Source: Ministeria vibrans ATCC 50519
Lineage: Eukaryota; Protista; Filasterea
Length of the DNA stretch: 64,000 nucleotides
NCBI GenBank assembly: GCA_943704425.1
Contig: CALSCP010002431.1
Coordinates: forward strand, 124,001 to 188,000
Reading direction: 5' to 3'
Below, piece after piece: positions 1 to 12,779 of this stretch (the first letter of the stretch is position 1; each line of letters begins with the position of its first letter). The notes beneath the pieces are model-generated. The model worked only from the letters and a program-made list of their open reading frames with translations, was not told the DNA's origin and searched no databases. A program made the position numbers and the translations under genes.

Positions 1-651
1 GCGCCCAACCGCATTGCAGTGGGCTACGAGGACGGCCAGGTGGTACGCCAGTCCCATTGCACAGAGCGCAAAAAGGATCGCTGTTACTGATGTCAATGGC
101 TGTCTTTTGTGTTCAGATAGTGTGGAATACGCAGAGCGGTGTGAGTGAAGTGTCTGTCAAGTGTCACCAAGAACCCGGTACGTACCAATTGGGTGCCGTC
201 TCTCTTCTGACTTGATATGCCTCCCCTTTGGCCATTTTTGCTTTTGGAGAGCACAGTGATGTGTGTTGAGAGTGCGGGAGAAGGACGTCTGGTGAGTGGG
301 TCTGCGGATGCGCGCATAGTGTTGTCGAGCATGGGCCAAGGCGGTGCGGTGGCCAAGAGCACTGTATTGGGCGCTGCTGGAACGAGTGCTGTGCGTGTGC
401 GCCCCACCGACTTGCGTGTGCTTGCGTGTGCTGGCTGGGATGGATCTGTCCGTCTGCTTGCAACCCGCTCGTTGCGTCTCCTCGGTGTTCTTTCCATGCC
501 TGGTCACCATCAGCAAGCGCACACGGCGGACGGAGGTGCTCCTGCCGCTTCTTCAACCTCTGTGCGCGCCCTTGCTTGGACCACCGACGCCGCTTATCTT
601 GCTGCCGCCTACCAGTCTAGGATTGTCTTCTTCCATCGTCTGCTCTCCTAA
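1..651 (+). CDS. WD40-repeat protein, GNB1L/Asa1-like (3' part; 5' end outside window)
   Basis: WD-type segments LVSGSADARIVL, VRVRPTDLRVLACAGWDGSVRL and VRALAW...LAAAY; AGWDxxVR resembles GNB1L/Asa1; stop at 649-651. Confidence 0.65.
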
Positions 652-777
652 AATTTGTAACATAATTTCCCTTCTTATTATTATTGTATGTAAAAGTAAG
701 CAATACAAATATTGCAATTAATGCTATTGATAATCAATTAATCATTTGCTAATCATTTTTTTCTTCTCCTCTCGAAC

Positions 778-879
778 ATGGGCTGCTGCGGAAGGCAAAA
801 CAAAGCCAAGCGGCGCTACAAGCGTTTGTGTGACGGCATCTTTCCGGTTCGTGCTCCGACACACACACACACACACACA

Positions 880-923
<44 letters not shown>

Positions 924-3900
924 NCCCCCCCCCAGCTGGACCCCTCCGACGGCATCATCAACGCCAACATGCAGAAGCTCACCTACTACGCCGTTGTTAC
1001 GCCAAACCGACTCAACAAAATCTCAAAGTACCTCTGGAATCGCTTGTCTCGCGACCTCTCTCGCGGCCGCAAAGGGTATGCATCGCCCCATTTTCTGTCA
1101 TCATCTTTTTTTTTCTTTTTTTTTCTTCACGTTTTGAAATGTCTCCCTCCTCCTCCTCTCCCCCGCGCACGCCGCTGATCCTACTCCGCATCGACACCCT
1201 CTCCTTCCTCTCCCTCCCCCCCGCATCTCCCCTCCCGCTGCGCAGATACGCCCAGATTGCGATGAAGGCGCTCGATCAACTGATGCAGGCGTGCCATTCA
1301 AACCTGAACCTCTTCGTTGAGTACTACCTGCGCATGGTGGAGCGCCTGCTCGAGACCAACGACCCCGACATGATGATCCTGGGCACCTCGTCGTTTGTCA
1401 AGTTTGCCGCCATCGAGGAGGAGACGCCCTCGTACCACAGACGCTACGACTTCTTCGTGTCGCAGTTTAGCAACATTTGCCTGAACCAGAACAAGGACGC
1501 AGCCACACGCGAACGCATCCGCATCGCCGGCCTCCGCGGTCTCCGCGCCATTGTTGTCAAAACAGTCGACAATCTCTACGTCAACATCTGGGCCGACATG
1601 GGCAAGGTCGTGCCGGCGCTGCTCTACAACATGAACGCGGCGGCCGAGGCGGCGTCCCATCCTGCTGCTGCTGCTGCTGCTGCTGCCAGTGCCACAGCTG
1701 CCGGTGCGTCAACCGCCGCCGTTTCCACTACCGTTGAGACAGCAGCTGGTGTCGAGATGCAGACGATGCACAAGGCGTCGCCCGAGCTGCTCAACGACGA
1801 GGACGACCGAGCCAAGCTGGCGCAATACTGTCTGCAGGACATTGCCGGTCGTGCCGACTTCAACTCGCTCAAGCAGATCCTTGTGCCCATGATGGAGTTC
1901 CTCGACCAACACGATTCCTGGCGCACAGGCACCTTTGCACACGACACGTTCCGCTGCATCATGTACGCCGTTCAGTCACAGTTCTTCTCCGTTCCCATCT
2001 CCGAGCTGCTGCTGCACCTCAACGCACACGCAAACTCTCCGGCAGACATCAAGGCGGGCGTTGTTAGCGTCACCACGACTGTTGTTGGCATTGCCAAGGG
2101 CGCGACGGGTCCCTCAGTGCTCAAGGCAGTCGATGTGCTCCTGCGCCATCTGCGCATGTCGGTCAGTGTAGAGGTGACCAGTCAGTCAGAGAGTGCCCTT
2201 CAGAATGCCATTGTGGTTAGTGTCGGCGTGCTTGCACGCGACCTTCCCGTCTACCAGCAGGTTGAAGTACTCACGTTTCTTCTGGCTAAGCTGCCGTCCG
2301 ACGAGGACATGGTTCTCGTCGAATCTCAGCACACACACGCCGACGATGTGGTCCGCGCCGAGTCGCTTGCCGTCGAGAAGTTTGCCACGCGCCGCATGCT
2401 CATGCGCTGTCTTTTGCAAGTTGCGCGCCACTTTTCACACACAGGCACCCAGCTCGACACAACTTTCACGAGCTCCCTTGCAGATCCGCTCTTCCGTGCG
2501 TGCGTCAGTCCCGATCAGACCATGCGTGTGCTTGGCATTAAAATTCTTCCTCAGCTGCTCCATCGTATCCACTTGCCCGCCAGCCAGGCACACACGTCTC
2601 GTCATCTTATGACCATCAACAGTGGGGCACGTGCCATCCAAAAACGGCTTCACTGGGTTATGTTCGAGTCGGCACAGCGCATCGACAACACCGACCAGGA
2701 CGTGTTCACGGCGCTCTTCGACACGCACGTCTCTTGTCTGGCGCTGTTTGGCCTCCAGGAGCTCCTCGACTTGGTGCGGTTGCTATTTGCTCTTCAAGAG
2801 GTCATTGTGGCTCGTTCGCGTGCCGCCAGTGGCTATGTGGCCGAAGAAGAAGAAGAAGTGGACGACGACGACGAGGAGGAGGAGGAGGAGGAGGAGGAGG
2901 AGGAAAAGGAAAAGGAAGAGGAGGTAACAGAAGAGGAGGCTAAGGAGAAGAGGGTGGCGAAGGAAGATAAGGAAGAGGAAGCGTCCAAGACAAAGGACGG
3001 TGAGACGGCGGAGGCAGACAAGAAGAAGAAGAAGAAGAAGCATACGAATAAGAAGAAGAAGGCGGTGGAGCGATCGGCGTCCAAGATGATTGCCATTTCG
3101 CACCCAACCAATGTGCACGAGGCGACGGTGCATGCTTTCATTGCCTCTTGTTTGCGCATTGCATCGGACCGCTTTGGACTGGGACTACTGCGTTCGTATG
3201 TCGTCTCTGTGATGAAGGCACGGGAAGACATTGAGGCGTACGATGCGCCGCAGTTTTCGGCGCGAGTTGCCGGTGCGCTGGCCTCGAGTGCGGCTAAGGC
3301 AGCCGCTTTGCTGAACGCAAATGGCGCTACCGCCGCCAGCATCTCCACCACCGGTGCTACTACTACTACGGCTACTACTACTGCTGCCTCTACTGCTTCT
3401 GTCGGGGCATCGTCTATGAGCGCGTCTGGCGGTGGCGACAGCGAAGACGCCGACGCATCCTCGGCGAACATGTCACCACTTGTACTGCGCCGCGCCCCCG
3501 AGAGTGTCGACGCCGAGCACGCAGCCGACGGTGATGAGCGAGTGACGCACGAGGCGACCGAGTCGTCGACGACGCCACTCTTTCGTTTGGCGGACCTTGT
3601 CGATGCGGTGTGTGCCGACGCGCGCGTAACCAAGGCGTTTCCCGACTGCCATGCCTACCTGTTGGCGCCCTACATGCACAAGGGCGGCCTTGAGGGAAGT
3701 TCTCAGCGCCGCAGTCGTGCGCTTCAGGTGAACCCCAACCATCCGCATGTCAAGATGGGGGCAAACGCAAGCGTCCTGCGTGCCGCATCGTGTCATCAGC
3801 CGGACACACCACTGCTGAGCAGCGCACCGCACTCTCCTGCGTTTGCGCTGGAGAACGGACCGCCGTTTGCCGAGGCGACGGCGACCGCTATGCGTGCCAT

Positions 3901-4702
3901 TGCGGGTCTATGTGCACCCGCGCGCGAGTCGGAAGAGACCATGGTGGCCAAGGCCAACGAGAAGCAGGTGGAAATTGAGTCAGCGCTGGGCCATGGCGAT
4001 GCGGAAACATTTGCGACAATGAGCTTCAACGAACTGCTGGATCTTGTGGAGGCACAGAGTGCGGCTGACGCGGAGCGGGCGGCAGTAGTGCGTGCGCTGG
4101 TTCGCAATGAACCGGTGGACTTGACGCCGCGACACCTGAAGAAGGTGGCAGAAAAGAAGGAGGAGGAGAAAGAGGAGGAGGAGGAGGAGAAAGAGGAGAA
4201 AGAGGAGGGGGAGAAGAAGAAAGGAGAGGGGAAGGAGGAGGGTGCGATGGAGGCGAGTGGATCGGAGTTGAAGAATGAGGCGGGTGAGGATGTGGTGCAG
4301 TTGGTGAAGAAGAAGAAGAAGGTGGTGATGATGATGGAGCCAGAGAAAGAAAAGGAAGAGGAGGAGGTGGTGGTGGTGGAGGAAGAAGAGGAGGGGAAAG
4401 AAGCAGCGCCGGAGGAGAAGACACAGGTGAAGAAGAAGAAAAGGAGCTTGTTTGGGAAGAAGGCGGTGCTTGTGATTGAGCAGGAGCGAGAGGAGAATGT
4501 GGTCCCGTCGATGGACGACGATCAGGACGAGGAAGGGGAGGCGCATGTGGCGGAAGAGAGTGCCGATGCGAGTGAAAGCGCGCTTGAGACTACCACCGAG
4601 CAAACAACGGAAGGGCAAGCGCCAGAAGAAGAAGAAGAAAAAGAAGAAGAAGAAGAAGAAGAAGAGGAAGATGATTTGGAATCTCATGAGACGTTTCTGT
4701 AA
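778..4702 (+). CDS. EFR3: EFR3 homolog (plasma-membrane anchor of the PI4KIII-alpha complex), 3 exons
   Basis: Exon 1 MGCCGRQNKAKRRYKRLCDGIFP; exon 2 MQKLTYYAVVTPNRLNKISKYL..RLSRD; exon 3 (from ~1246) YAQIAMKALDQLMQACHSNLNLFVE..GTSSFVKFAAIEEETPSYHRRYDFFVSQFS, all characteristic EFR3 sequence. Long Glu/Lys-rich insertions. Confidence 0.92.
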
Positions 4703-4761
4703 TACACACCCCCCCTTTTTCCCCCATATTTATTATTCATCACTCTAAATCGTGATTAATA

Positions 4762-5963
4762 CTACAAGCGTGCAACACAGCGGGCGCAGTCACAGGCAAA
4801 GGCGTAGTCTGCGAGCATTTGTGTGCGTGTCTCGTAGTCATCATTCTCAATGTCAGAGCCCAGGTAGGAAATGCACAGCTCAGTGCCCATTGGAATGTCA
4901 CTTAGTGCCACAATGGAAGCGCAGTGAGTCCCCTGGTTGTATTCAACGACCACATTGGGCTGGCACGAGTGGTTCATGCGCGACGCAATGCTAAAAAGAG
5001 CAGTGCCCAGTACCGCACTTCCATCTGCCTCTTCATCTTCTTCCTCCTCTTCCTGTTGGTTCTGGGCCGAGCTTGCACCTGCTGCTGCACTACTCCGCGC
5101 CAAAGATGGATCCACATTTACAACGGGAATTTCAATGCCAATGTTGTTCAGCTCAAAAGCCCCCAAAATGTGCGACATGAACGCAGGATCGTAGAGAGGG
5201 GGTGGGAGTGCGGTGCCAACTGAGCTTTCAAGGGCGCCCATGAGATGTGCGTGTGATTCAATAAGCATGTCGTGCATCTCGGTGCGTACTTGCGCCTCCT
5301 CTGTCGGTTCCAGTTGCTGCGGGACTTCCCACCACGGTCGAGCATGGCACGACTGAAACGGAGCGAGCGCTGCTTCAACAGGCACACCGTGCGCTGCAAT
5401 GTCATTTGCTACGCGTGCCACACACTCGCCGGCCAGCAAAAGGATTTCATTCGTGTGGAGAGCATGCTGCAAGGCCAAGGAAACAAAAGCGGATGAGGTA
5501 AGGGTGGGGGACAGTGCAGAGAGCACACACTGACTCACCTGCTTGAAGAGCATCAGTGGGTGTGTGTCGGCGTCCGCTTCGTTGAGGCGTCCAACGCACA
5601 GAAGAGCATGCCCTTGCTGCCATGCGGCCGTTGCGCACTCAAACGAGCAATAGGGAATGCCGCAGCCTGGAAGGAGAGGGAGACAGCGAGTTGAATCGCC
5701 GAACGCACGCGTCAAAAAATAAAACACGCTTTGCTTCTTCTACCTCCTCCGCAAGGAAAGGTTTCCGTTGCAACGTCGCACAGGGGTCGGAGACACCTGG
5801 CGCAGCCCCGGACCAGCGCCTGGTTGTGAAGATGCTGCATTGAGGCGAGAGGGATCTCCGTCCACACTTCAGTGCCGGCCGGAAGATCAGTCGCTGAAAA
5901 CACGCAGCGGCCCTTTCCTGGGCGTTCTTCAATGACTATCGAGGATGCGGGGAGTTGGGACAT
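4762..5963 (-). CDS. SET and MYND domain protein (SMYD family lysine methyltransferase)
   Basis: Split SET: ERPGKGRCVFSATDLPAGTEVW; MYND-like CxxC..C..C..YCSFEC..W..H..LC across one intron; RMNHSCQPN, GTELCISY and post-SET FACDCARC. Confidence 0.88.
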
Positions 5964-6481
5964 GGGAAAGAGCAAAGTGAGAGTGATCAGACTGATCTAG
6001 AATGAAAATAGTCAAAATAGTCAAAATAGTTATAAGTTAATACTTAAATTGTCACATCTACTGATCTGCTCTGGAGTAGACCAACACGGTCTCGCGAGAT
6101 GAACTCATGGGTGGCCGATCAGGTGGCTGGGACATTTGATTGGGCCATCCCAAAATTGATGCGGTTGTGCGTTCACGAGAAAATCGACCGCACAGCCGAA
6201 AAACCCGTGCGCGAACTCGATCGACCGTACGTATGACCCATTTGAGAGGGTGCTTGTTGAGCGACGCGTGAAAACAGAGTGTTCACCAGTCTGCATTTCA
6301 CGTGCAAGCCCCACTGGCCTGTCATCCCCAACACCCCATCGCCCCTCGTTCCCTCTGCGCGTCGCCCCTACCCCCATTGCCCCGATGGGATGGATTGCAC
6401 TCTTGCGCTGTTGCACGACCCGCTGGCGCTTCCCAGTGTGCCAGAATGAGCACCAAAGTCAAATATCTCGTGTTCTTGTAG

Positions 6482-7247
6482 GCTCAACGTCTCCTTCTCG
6501 GGCGCCTGCTTCATGGGTGTCTACGGACTCGGCGTAGCCACGGGACTACGCGAGCTTGACGCGGAGCTTGGTAGTTGCGGTGGTGCGAGCATTGGCGCAC
6601 TCACGGCAGCCGGACTGTTAGGAGGTAGGCAACGAATGGAAATTAGTACGTCTTTTGAACTCTTTCTTCACGCTTTGCCAGGCGCCGATTTGGAGCGAGG
6701 CAAAAAAGCAACGTGGGTTATTCTGGAGGAGGTGCGGGAACACCCACTGCGTGTGTTGTGGAATGCCAAGGCGCGTCTCAACACGTTCATTGACGAGCAT
6801 ATGCCGCCAGAAGTGGACGTTGAAGCGCTGGCGGGACGTCTCTTCATCTCGGTGACGGCCCTTCCGTCGGGACGCAACCACATCATCCACGAGTTCCCCC
6901 ACACACAGAGCGTGCGCGAAACCATCGTCGCCAGCTGCACCATTCCCGTGCTCATGGGCATCCCCCCACTGGTCACCAAGCACACCACTAGCACCGCATC
7001 AGCATCACCCTCATCATCCCCTCTGTGGTCCATGGATGGCGGCTTCACCAACAACCTCCCGTCTCACCATCACTCCCACCCCACCGTCACTGTCACTCCG
7101 TTTCGCTCTCTCCACCCGTCCGCGTCCATTGCGCGCGATGACATTCCCCTTTCGTATGCCTTCCGTCCGCCCTCCGAGTCCGTCTGCGACGACATCTTTG
7201 CGGCCGGCTGGAGTGATGCCGAGGCCTTTCTCAAAGAGCACTGTTAA
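6482..7247 (+). CDS. Patatin-like phospholipase/triacylglycerol lipase (PNPLA family); first exon unresolved
   Basis: LNVSFSGACFMGVYG glycine loop after the acceptor at 6481, GASIG nucleophile elbow, ASCTIP, and DGGFTNNLP catalytic Asp motif. Confidence 0.85.
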
Positions 7248-7287
7248 AAAAAAGTCATTGTTGTACATTTTGTGTGTGTATGTGTTG

Positions 7288-8388
7288 TTAGACTGTTTCG
7301 TGTGTGATGGAGAAGTCGGGGAGTGGCCTGTTCTGCGGGCGATTGGAGTGGGGGAGAACGTAGCGGAGGAGGTGCGGAAGAAAGAGAAGAGACGCTATGG
7401 AGGAGAGGGTGTCAATGACGAAGACACGCGAGCGAAGAATGAGAGAGCGCAGTGGGGAGGGAGGGGAGGCGCCGTTGAGGTAGAGGGCGAGTTCAAGAGC
7501 GTCTACGCTTGTGCTTGGGGCTGACGAGGAGGAAGAAGAGGGAAGCGGAGCGTCTTCGTGTGTGTAGTAGTGCGGAATGGAGCGTAGTGTTTGAAAGTGT
7601 TGCCGATGGTAGAGTGAAATGGCTGCTTGGTTGGTGGCCATGACGTGCAAAAAGATGACTTGCGCTTGAAGGGCACTAGCCTGTGCGGAGATACGTTGAA
7701 GCAATTGTGAGCCTAAACAGAAACACAATAACATAGAATGAGAGAGAGTGGAGGGTGAGAGAGGAGAAAATTTGAGAGTTTGAGAGTTTGAGAGAGAGTG
7801 GAGGGTGAGAGAGAGTGGAGGGTGAGAGAGAGAGTTTGAGTTTGAGAGAGAGCTTGAGAGAGAGAGAGAGAGCTTGAGAGAGAGAGAGAGAGTTTGAGAG
7901 AGAGAGAGAGTTTGAGAGAGAGAGAGAGAGTTTGAGAGAGAGAGAGAGTTTGAGAGAGAGAAGCACAAAGTGATAGAGCAATAGAGAGAGAAGCACAAGG
8001 GGACAGGAGTAAGAAGCACAAGAGAGGGATTGGTACCGAGTCCCAGGCGTCGAAAGGAGGGGACAACACAGAGTGACATGATGTAGGCTATTAAAGGATC
8101 GGTTGGTTCAGCGGGGTCGTCCAGGAGGATGGCGACGGTGCGCGAGTGGCGACTGCGCGGCTGAAGTTCAACGGTGACTGCGCCGACGACGTATTCGCTC
8201 GGTCCGTACGTCGCGACGAGTCCAAAGAAGGACGGGTTGGCACCGTCGACAAGCGTGTCAAAGAACTCCTTGGGGTATGGCGTGGCAAGGCAGTCGGCGT
8301 GGATGCGCTCGAGTCTCTCTCGGTCGCCACTCGCGACAAGGCGCATTTTCACCTCGTCGCGGTCCCCAGACTCAGCTTGGACGGACAT
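7288..8388 (-). CDS. GNAT N-acetyltransferase, NAA60-like
   Basis: YPKEFF, YIMSLCVVPSFRRLGLG/SQLL (acetyl-CoA motif split by a CT-repeat intron ~7712-8035), IFLHVMATNQAAISLY..F..HYY and a hydrophobic C-terminal tail typical of NAA60. Confidence 0.78.
   Translation of the reverse strand: MSVQAESGDRDEVKMRLVASGDRERLERIHADCLATPYPKEFFDTLVDGANPSFFGLVATYGPSEYVVGAVTVELQPRSRHSRTVAILLDDPAEPTDPLIAYIMSLCVVPSFRRLGLGTNPSLVLLTPVPLCFSLYCSITLCFSLSNSLSLSNSLSLSQTLSLSQTLSLSLKLSLSLSSSLSNSNSLSHPPLSLTLHSLSNSQTLKFSPLSPSTLSHSMLLCFCLGSQLLQRISAQASALQAQVIFLHVMATNQAAISLYHRQHFQTLRSIPHYYTHEDAPLPSSSSSSAPSTSVDALELALYLNGASPPSPLRSLILRSRVFVIDTLSSIASLLFLPHLLRYVLPHSNRPQNRPLPDFSITHETV
7740..7960. repeat. Degenerate (GA)n/GAGAGTTT microsatellite inside the acetyltransferase intron
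   Basis: Directly visible tandem GA-rich units; they produce spurious poly-SL ORFs. Confidence 0.9.
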
Positions 8389-8531
8389 GCTCCAGACAAA
8401 CACAAGTCGGTAGTCGGTGTGCCCAGAGCAAGCGACTGTGGCGCTACGACAAATGTTTGAGTTTTGAGTCGCGATCAAAAACCAAAATAATTGAAATCAC
8501 TGAACAAAGTCAAATTTCTTGATTGTAACGT

Positions 8532-11188
8532 ATGGGAAAAGAGAAACAGCAGGCGGCAGCGGCATCGAGTGCATCGTCGTCTGCGGACGGGGGTGTGGCG
8601 TCGCCCATCTTGCCGTCGGCGTCAAACGTCTCAACCCTTTCGTCTGCCCCCATGATGCTGAGCATGCTCACACTGCTGGCCTTGGCGACGCGGCTTGCCC
8701 AGCTGGCGGAACCGCACTGGATTGTCTTTGACGAGGTGCATTTTGGGGGGTTTGCCAGCCGCTACATCCGCGGCGAGTACTTCTTCGACGTGCATCCCCC
8801 TCTGGCCAAAATGCTGCTTGGCGCCGTCTCGTACCTGGCCGGCAACCAGGGGGACTTCCTGTACGAGACACTGGGCCACGACTACACGACCACCCGCGAG
8901 AATTACGTTGCGCTGCGTGCCTTTTGTGCGGTGCAAGGGGCGGCGCTTGTGCCGCTGATGTATGTCATTGTGACCAGCGTGCTCGACCGCGCTGTGACGC
9001 GCATCACCGCGCAGCGTGCCGGTCTTTTTGCCGCCTCGTTTGTGCTCTTTGATACGGCTCTTGTGACGCAGTCGCGGTACATTCTGCTCGATGCCTCGCT
9101 GCTCCTCTTCACCTTTCTCACGGTCGCCACCCTCGCACGCTTCTATGTTGTCTCCTACCAGAACCCTTCGGGTTGGTTCAGTACACACTGGTGGCTCATG
9201 CTTGCGCTTACAGGCATCTTCATGGGGTGTGCACTTAGTGTCAAGTACATTGGTCTCTTCCTGGTTGCTCTCGTCGGTCTCTACACCATCTGGGACCTGT
9301 GGCAGCTGCTCGGCGAACCCACAACGCGTGTCTCCGACTCCCAAATGGGCCAACACTTAGCCGCACGCGCCCTCACTCTCATTGTGCTTCCACTCGTCGT
9401 ATATGTTGCCCTTTTTGCCGTGCACTTGCACGTTCTACGACACTCGGGTCCGGGCGATGTCTTCCATACTCCCCGTTTTATTGCAGGTCTTGAAGGCAGC
9501 TCAGTCGCAAACGTAAAAAAAAAAAAAAAAACACCTCCCCAGATCAAAATTATACGCTGGCCGCCAGTTCATGGTTCTCATTTTTGTTTCATTTTTTTTT
9601 GTTGTTGTTGTAGATGACGCAAGCACAGCCGTATCACATCCGCTACGGCTCACGCATTACACTGCGCCCGTCGTATCGCACTCAAAAGTGCTATCTGCAC
9701 TCCCACACTGCGCGCTATCCTCTCCACCACAAGGACTTTGATGCGACGACCAACACGACCAAGGAGCGTGGAAGTAGTACACTGCAACAGTGCACATGCT
9801 ACGAACACAACGACGTCAACAACTGGTGGACAGTGCTTCCACTTAGTGTCAACACCTCGGAACCCTTCAATGTAAGCGAGCCCGAGCACATGTTTCCCAA
9901 GACGGGCGATTATGTGCGCCACGGCGACCTTGTGCGTCTCCAGCACACACAGACACTGGGCTTTTTGCACACACACAATGTGGGTGCGCCCGTCACGGCT
10001 ACTCAGCAGGAGGTTGCGGCAATGCACGAGCGTGATGGCACTGCCTTCCCGCCCCAGCTCGTGTGGCGTCTTGACTTTCTCGATGGGTTCTACTGGCATC
10101 CCTTGTACACACGCGTGCGTCTGATAAGCACACACAACCAGCCGTTTGTGCAGGCCATTGTCGAGGAGCACCCCGATCGCGCCCGGTTTGTCTCGGAGCA
10201 CCCAGTGCATCTGGCACTGACGGACAAGCGAATGGACGAGAGTGCGTTTAACCAGCTTGAAGTGAGTGCAGCGCGTTTCGACACCACTGGAGGTGGCACA
10301 GCGGATGTGTGGCACGTTGAAGAGCATCTCAAGCACGTCGGAGAAGACGATGGTGATGCTGCTGATCAAGTGTGTCGCGGCAAACCCACAATGGGCTTTT
10401 GGGAGCGATTTATGGAGTCGCATGTGGAAATGCTTNNNNNNGAGTGAGAGAGAGGAAGGGAAAAGAAACTAGGTGGTAGAGACAAAACAAAAGTGATGGA
10501 GAAAGAGAGGCTGAATGGACTGTGTTGTGTAGTCTGTGCCGTCTGATTGGCCCTTGTTGCGTCGCGGGGTGGCGTATTGGCAGAGCAAAGACGCAAACCG
10601 ACAAGTCAGAAGAACAACTAAGCTTTTAACAGATATTTACATAGATTTTGACACTCGTGTTGTGTTCAGGTGTATTTTTTGGGGAATCCGCTCATTTGGG
10701 GTTTGGGTACCATTGGGCTGTTTTTCGCGCCCGGTTGTCTCGGCGTTGCGCTTTTAGCAGTGCGCCGAGGTCGTTTGGTTCTTTCCGGTACGTAATTTGA
10801 ATTATGGTTGCTACTGAAACATGCTTACTTCTTAAATAATTTAGATGAGCTGAGTCGCACACTCATTTCGATTGGCCTTCCCTTTGCGGGTTATTTACTA
10901 CACTACCTTCCGTTCTTCCTGATGGAACGACAGCTGTTTCTTCACCACTATTTACCCGCACTTTTGTTCCAAATTGCACTGCTGAGTGTGCTTCTGGCGC
11001 ACCTGAGTGCACTTCTACGACTGAGTGGCTCGTCGCATGAGGCTGTGCTGTTTGCGTCGCTTGCCCTTGCCGCCGCCCTTGTCTTTGCCGTGTTTGCCCC
11101 GCTTGTCTATGGCCTTGACCTGACACCCCATCAGATCCGCTGGCGCCAGTGGAGGGCCTCGTGGGACCTGCGGGTCCTCGCTTTGTGA
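8532..11188 (+). CDS. POMT1: Dolichyl-phosphate-mannose:protein O-mannosyltransferase, PMT4/POMT1 subfamily (multi-exon, N gap ~10436-10441)
   Basis: VFDEVHFGGFAS.Y..GEYFFDVHPPLAK, SRYILLD, SVKYIG, MIR domains (YLHSH, LHTHNVGAP), WPLLRRGVAYW..QVYFLGNP, ERQLFLHHYLPAL. Confidence 0.9.
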
Positions 11189-12779
11189 GAAGAGGCGCTT
11201 TTTGTGTATACAACGAACTAAGAATGTTTAATATAATAGACCTAGAAGACTTTTCTCGCCGTAAACCGTCAAATATACGACTGCGATAGGACTTCATAAT
11301 ATATTTGTTTCGGTATGTGTTGGGTAGAAGCGTGTTTTTTGTTTTACCTATATAGATGAATAAAGAGTGTGAATCCAATTCTTTCTCTGTATTGATCAGT
11401 GAAAATGAAGTAAAAAAACGCCTAATGACATGGCCAGGGCGCGTCCAAGTCGGCTCCACAGGGCCGGAGTTGATGCCTGTCCAGGGGGCCATGGAGTCTA
11501 GTATGTATTTTTAGAGACTGTGCTTCCCACAAGTTGTCGCGACTTTTGCCAACTTTTCGTAAACTTAGGTTTTTTTGATAAGCGGCTTTTGTTGGGCGAA
11601 ATCCTTTTTGATATACTGATCACAACTGTGTTGTGTTGTGACTAGCACAAGAGCGCCTGAGATCAAGCAAAAGCAACGGAATCCAATAACAGCGACGTGT
11701 GGGAGTAGTGTCGAAGGGCCTTCTCGTCTCAGCACTTCGTGTCGGTGGAAATCCAACAAATTGTTTAAACATTATTTTCATTCTTCTATTTCTTCATGTG
11801 CTAATTGTGCTTTTGTTGTGTGGTCACTGGTCACTGACTCACTGTATAACTATAAAACCATTGAATTAATAATAGCATGTTGCTCATCCAAAGTATTTTC
11901 GTGGTTATTCATCGCCCGAGACACCAAACATCACCTTAAAACAATACACACAAAGTTAAAAAATGGTTAAATTGACTGATCAGTTCATTCAGTTGACAGA
12001 ATGACAGTTCACTCATCAGTCATCACTTGACAGTTGACAGTGAGTTGACACTCGTAAGGATTCAGAAGTCTAGTATCGAATGTGAGAAAAAAAAAAAAAA
12101 AAAAAAAAAAAAAAACAAACAAACACTGGCTTCTTTTTCATTGATCGATTCAGCAAATTGAATTATCCTTTTTAGAGTCAGCCTTTTTTCTCTTTTCGTC
12201 TTTACCGCTTGTGTTAAACACTAGCACCCTTACTGGTCACGTCTCGGGGTGTCTGGGGTCGGCCAGTGCGGCTGAGCCCCGGATGCGCCGGCGTGGGGGG
12301 CGGGCGGGCGTCGTTACCGGGGGGACACGACGGGGCCCGCTCGGCCTCCGCAGTCATCTTTAACATGCGCCTGGCATGCCTAATGATGTGCTGCCTGCCA
12401 TGCTTGACTGCGTCCGCCCATTTTTACCTGTGAATTGAGAAAGTTTGCTACGTCCTCCCAAAACCCCAACGGCAGCACAATGGACATGAATGTACGTCGT
12501 AGCAACTGCCAGTGGGAATCCCCTTGCCTCCTTTGTGCAAGCGAACGCGCCCTTGTTTGTGTGTCACAGCGAAAAGAAAATTGAGAGACGAAAAAAAGAA
12601 AAAAAAAAATAATAAGCGAACCAACGGATAAAACGCAAATAACGCTGTCCGCCGTCGTCTCTCGGGCACTGCACGTGCTCTATCTGATGTGTCAATGGGG
12701 CAATGGCCAAGGGCGCTACTGAAATGCACCAGAACTCGTTGTTGACTTTTTTTTTTCTCTCTCTCTTGTTTTGATAAGG

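Noticed and set aside
746-1245. 5' part of the 1318-aa ORF (HTHT/SLSL/FFFF stretches)
   Set aside because: Read-through of two introns; the real EFR3 exons 1 and 2 are in other frames.
11429-11493. CATGGCC...GGCCATG inverted repeat as a MITE or ncRNA
   Set aside because: Only a 7-bp stem, no target-site duplication and no second copy in the window.
12270-12285. GGGGCTCA (minus strand) as RNase MRP CR-V
   Set aside because: The matching CR-I (GAAAGTCCCC) is not present at a suitable distance.
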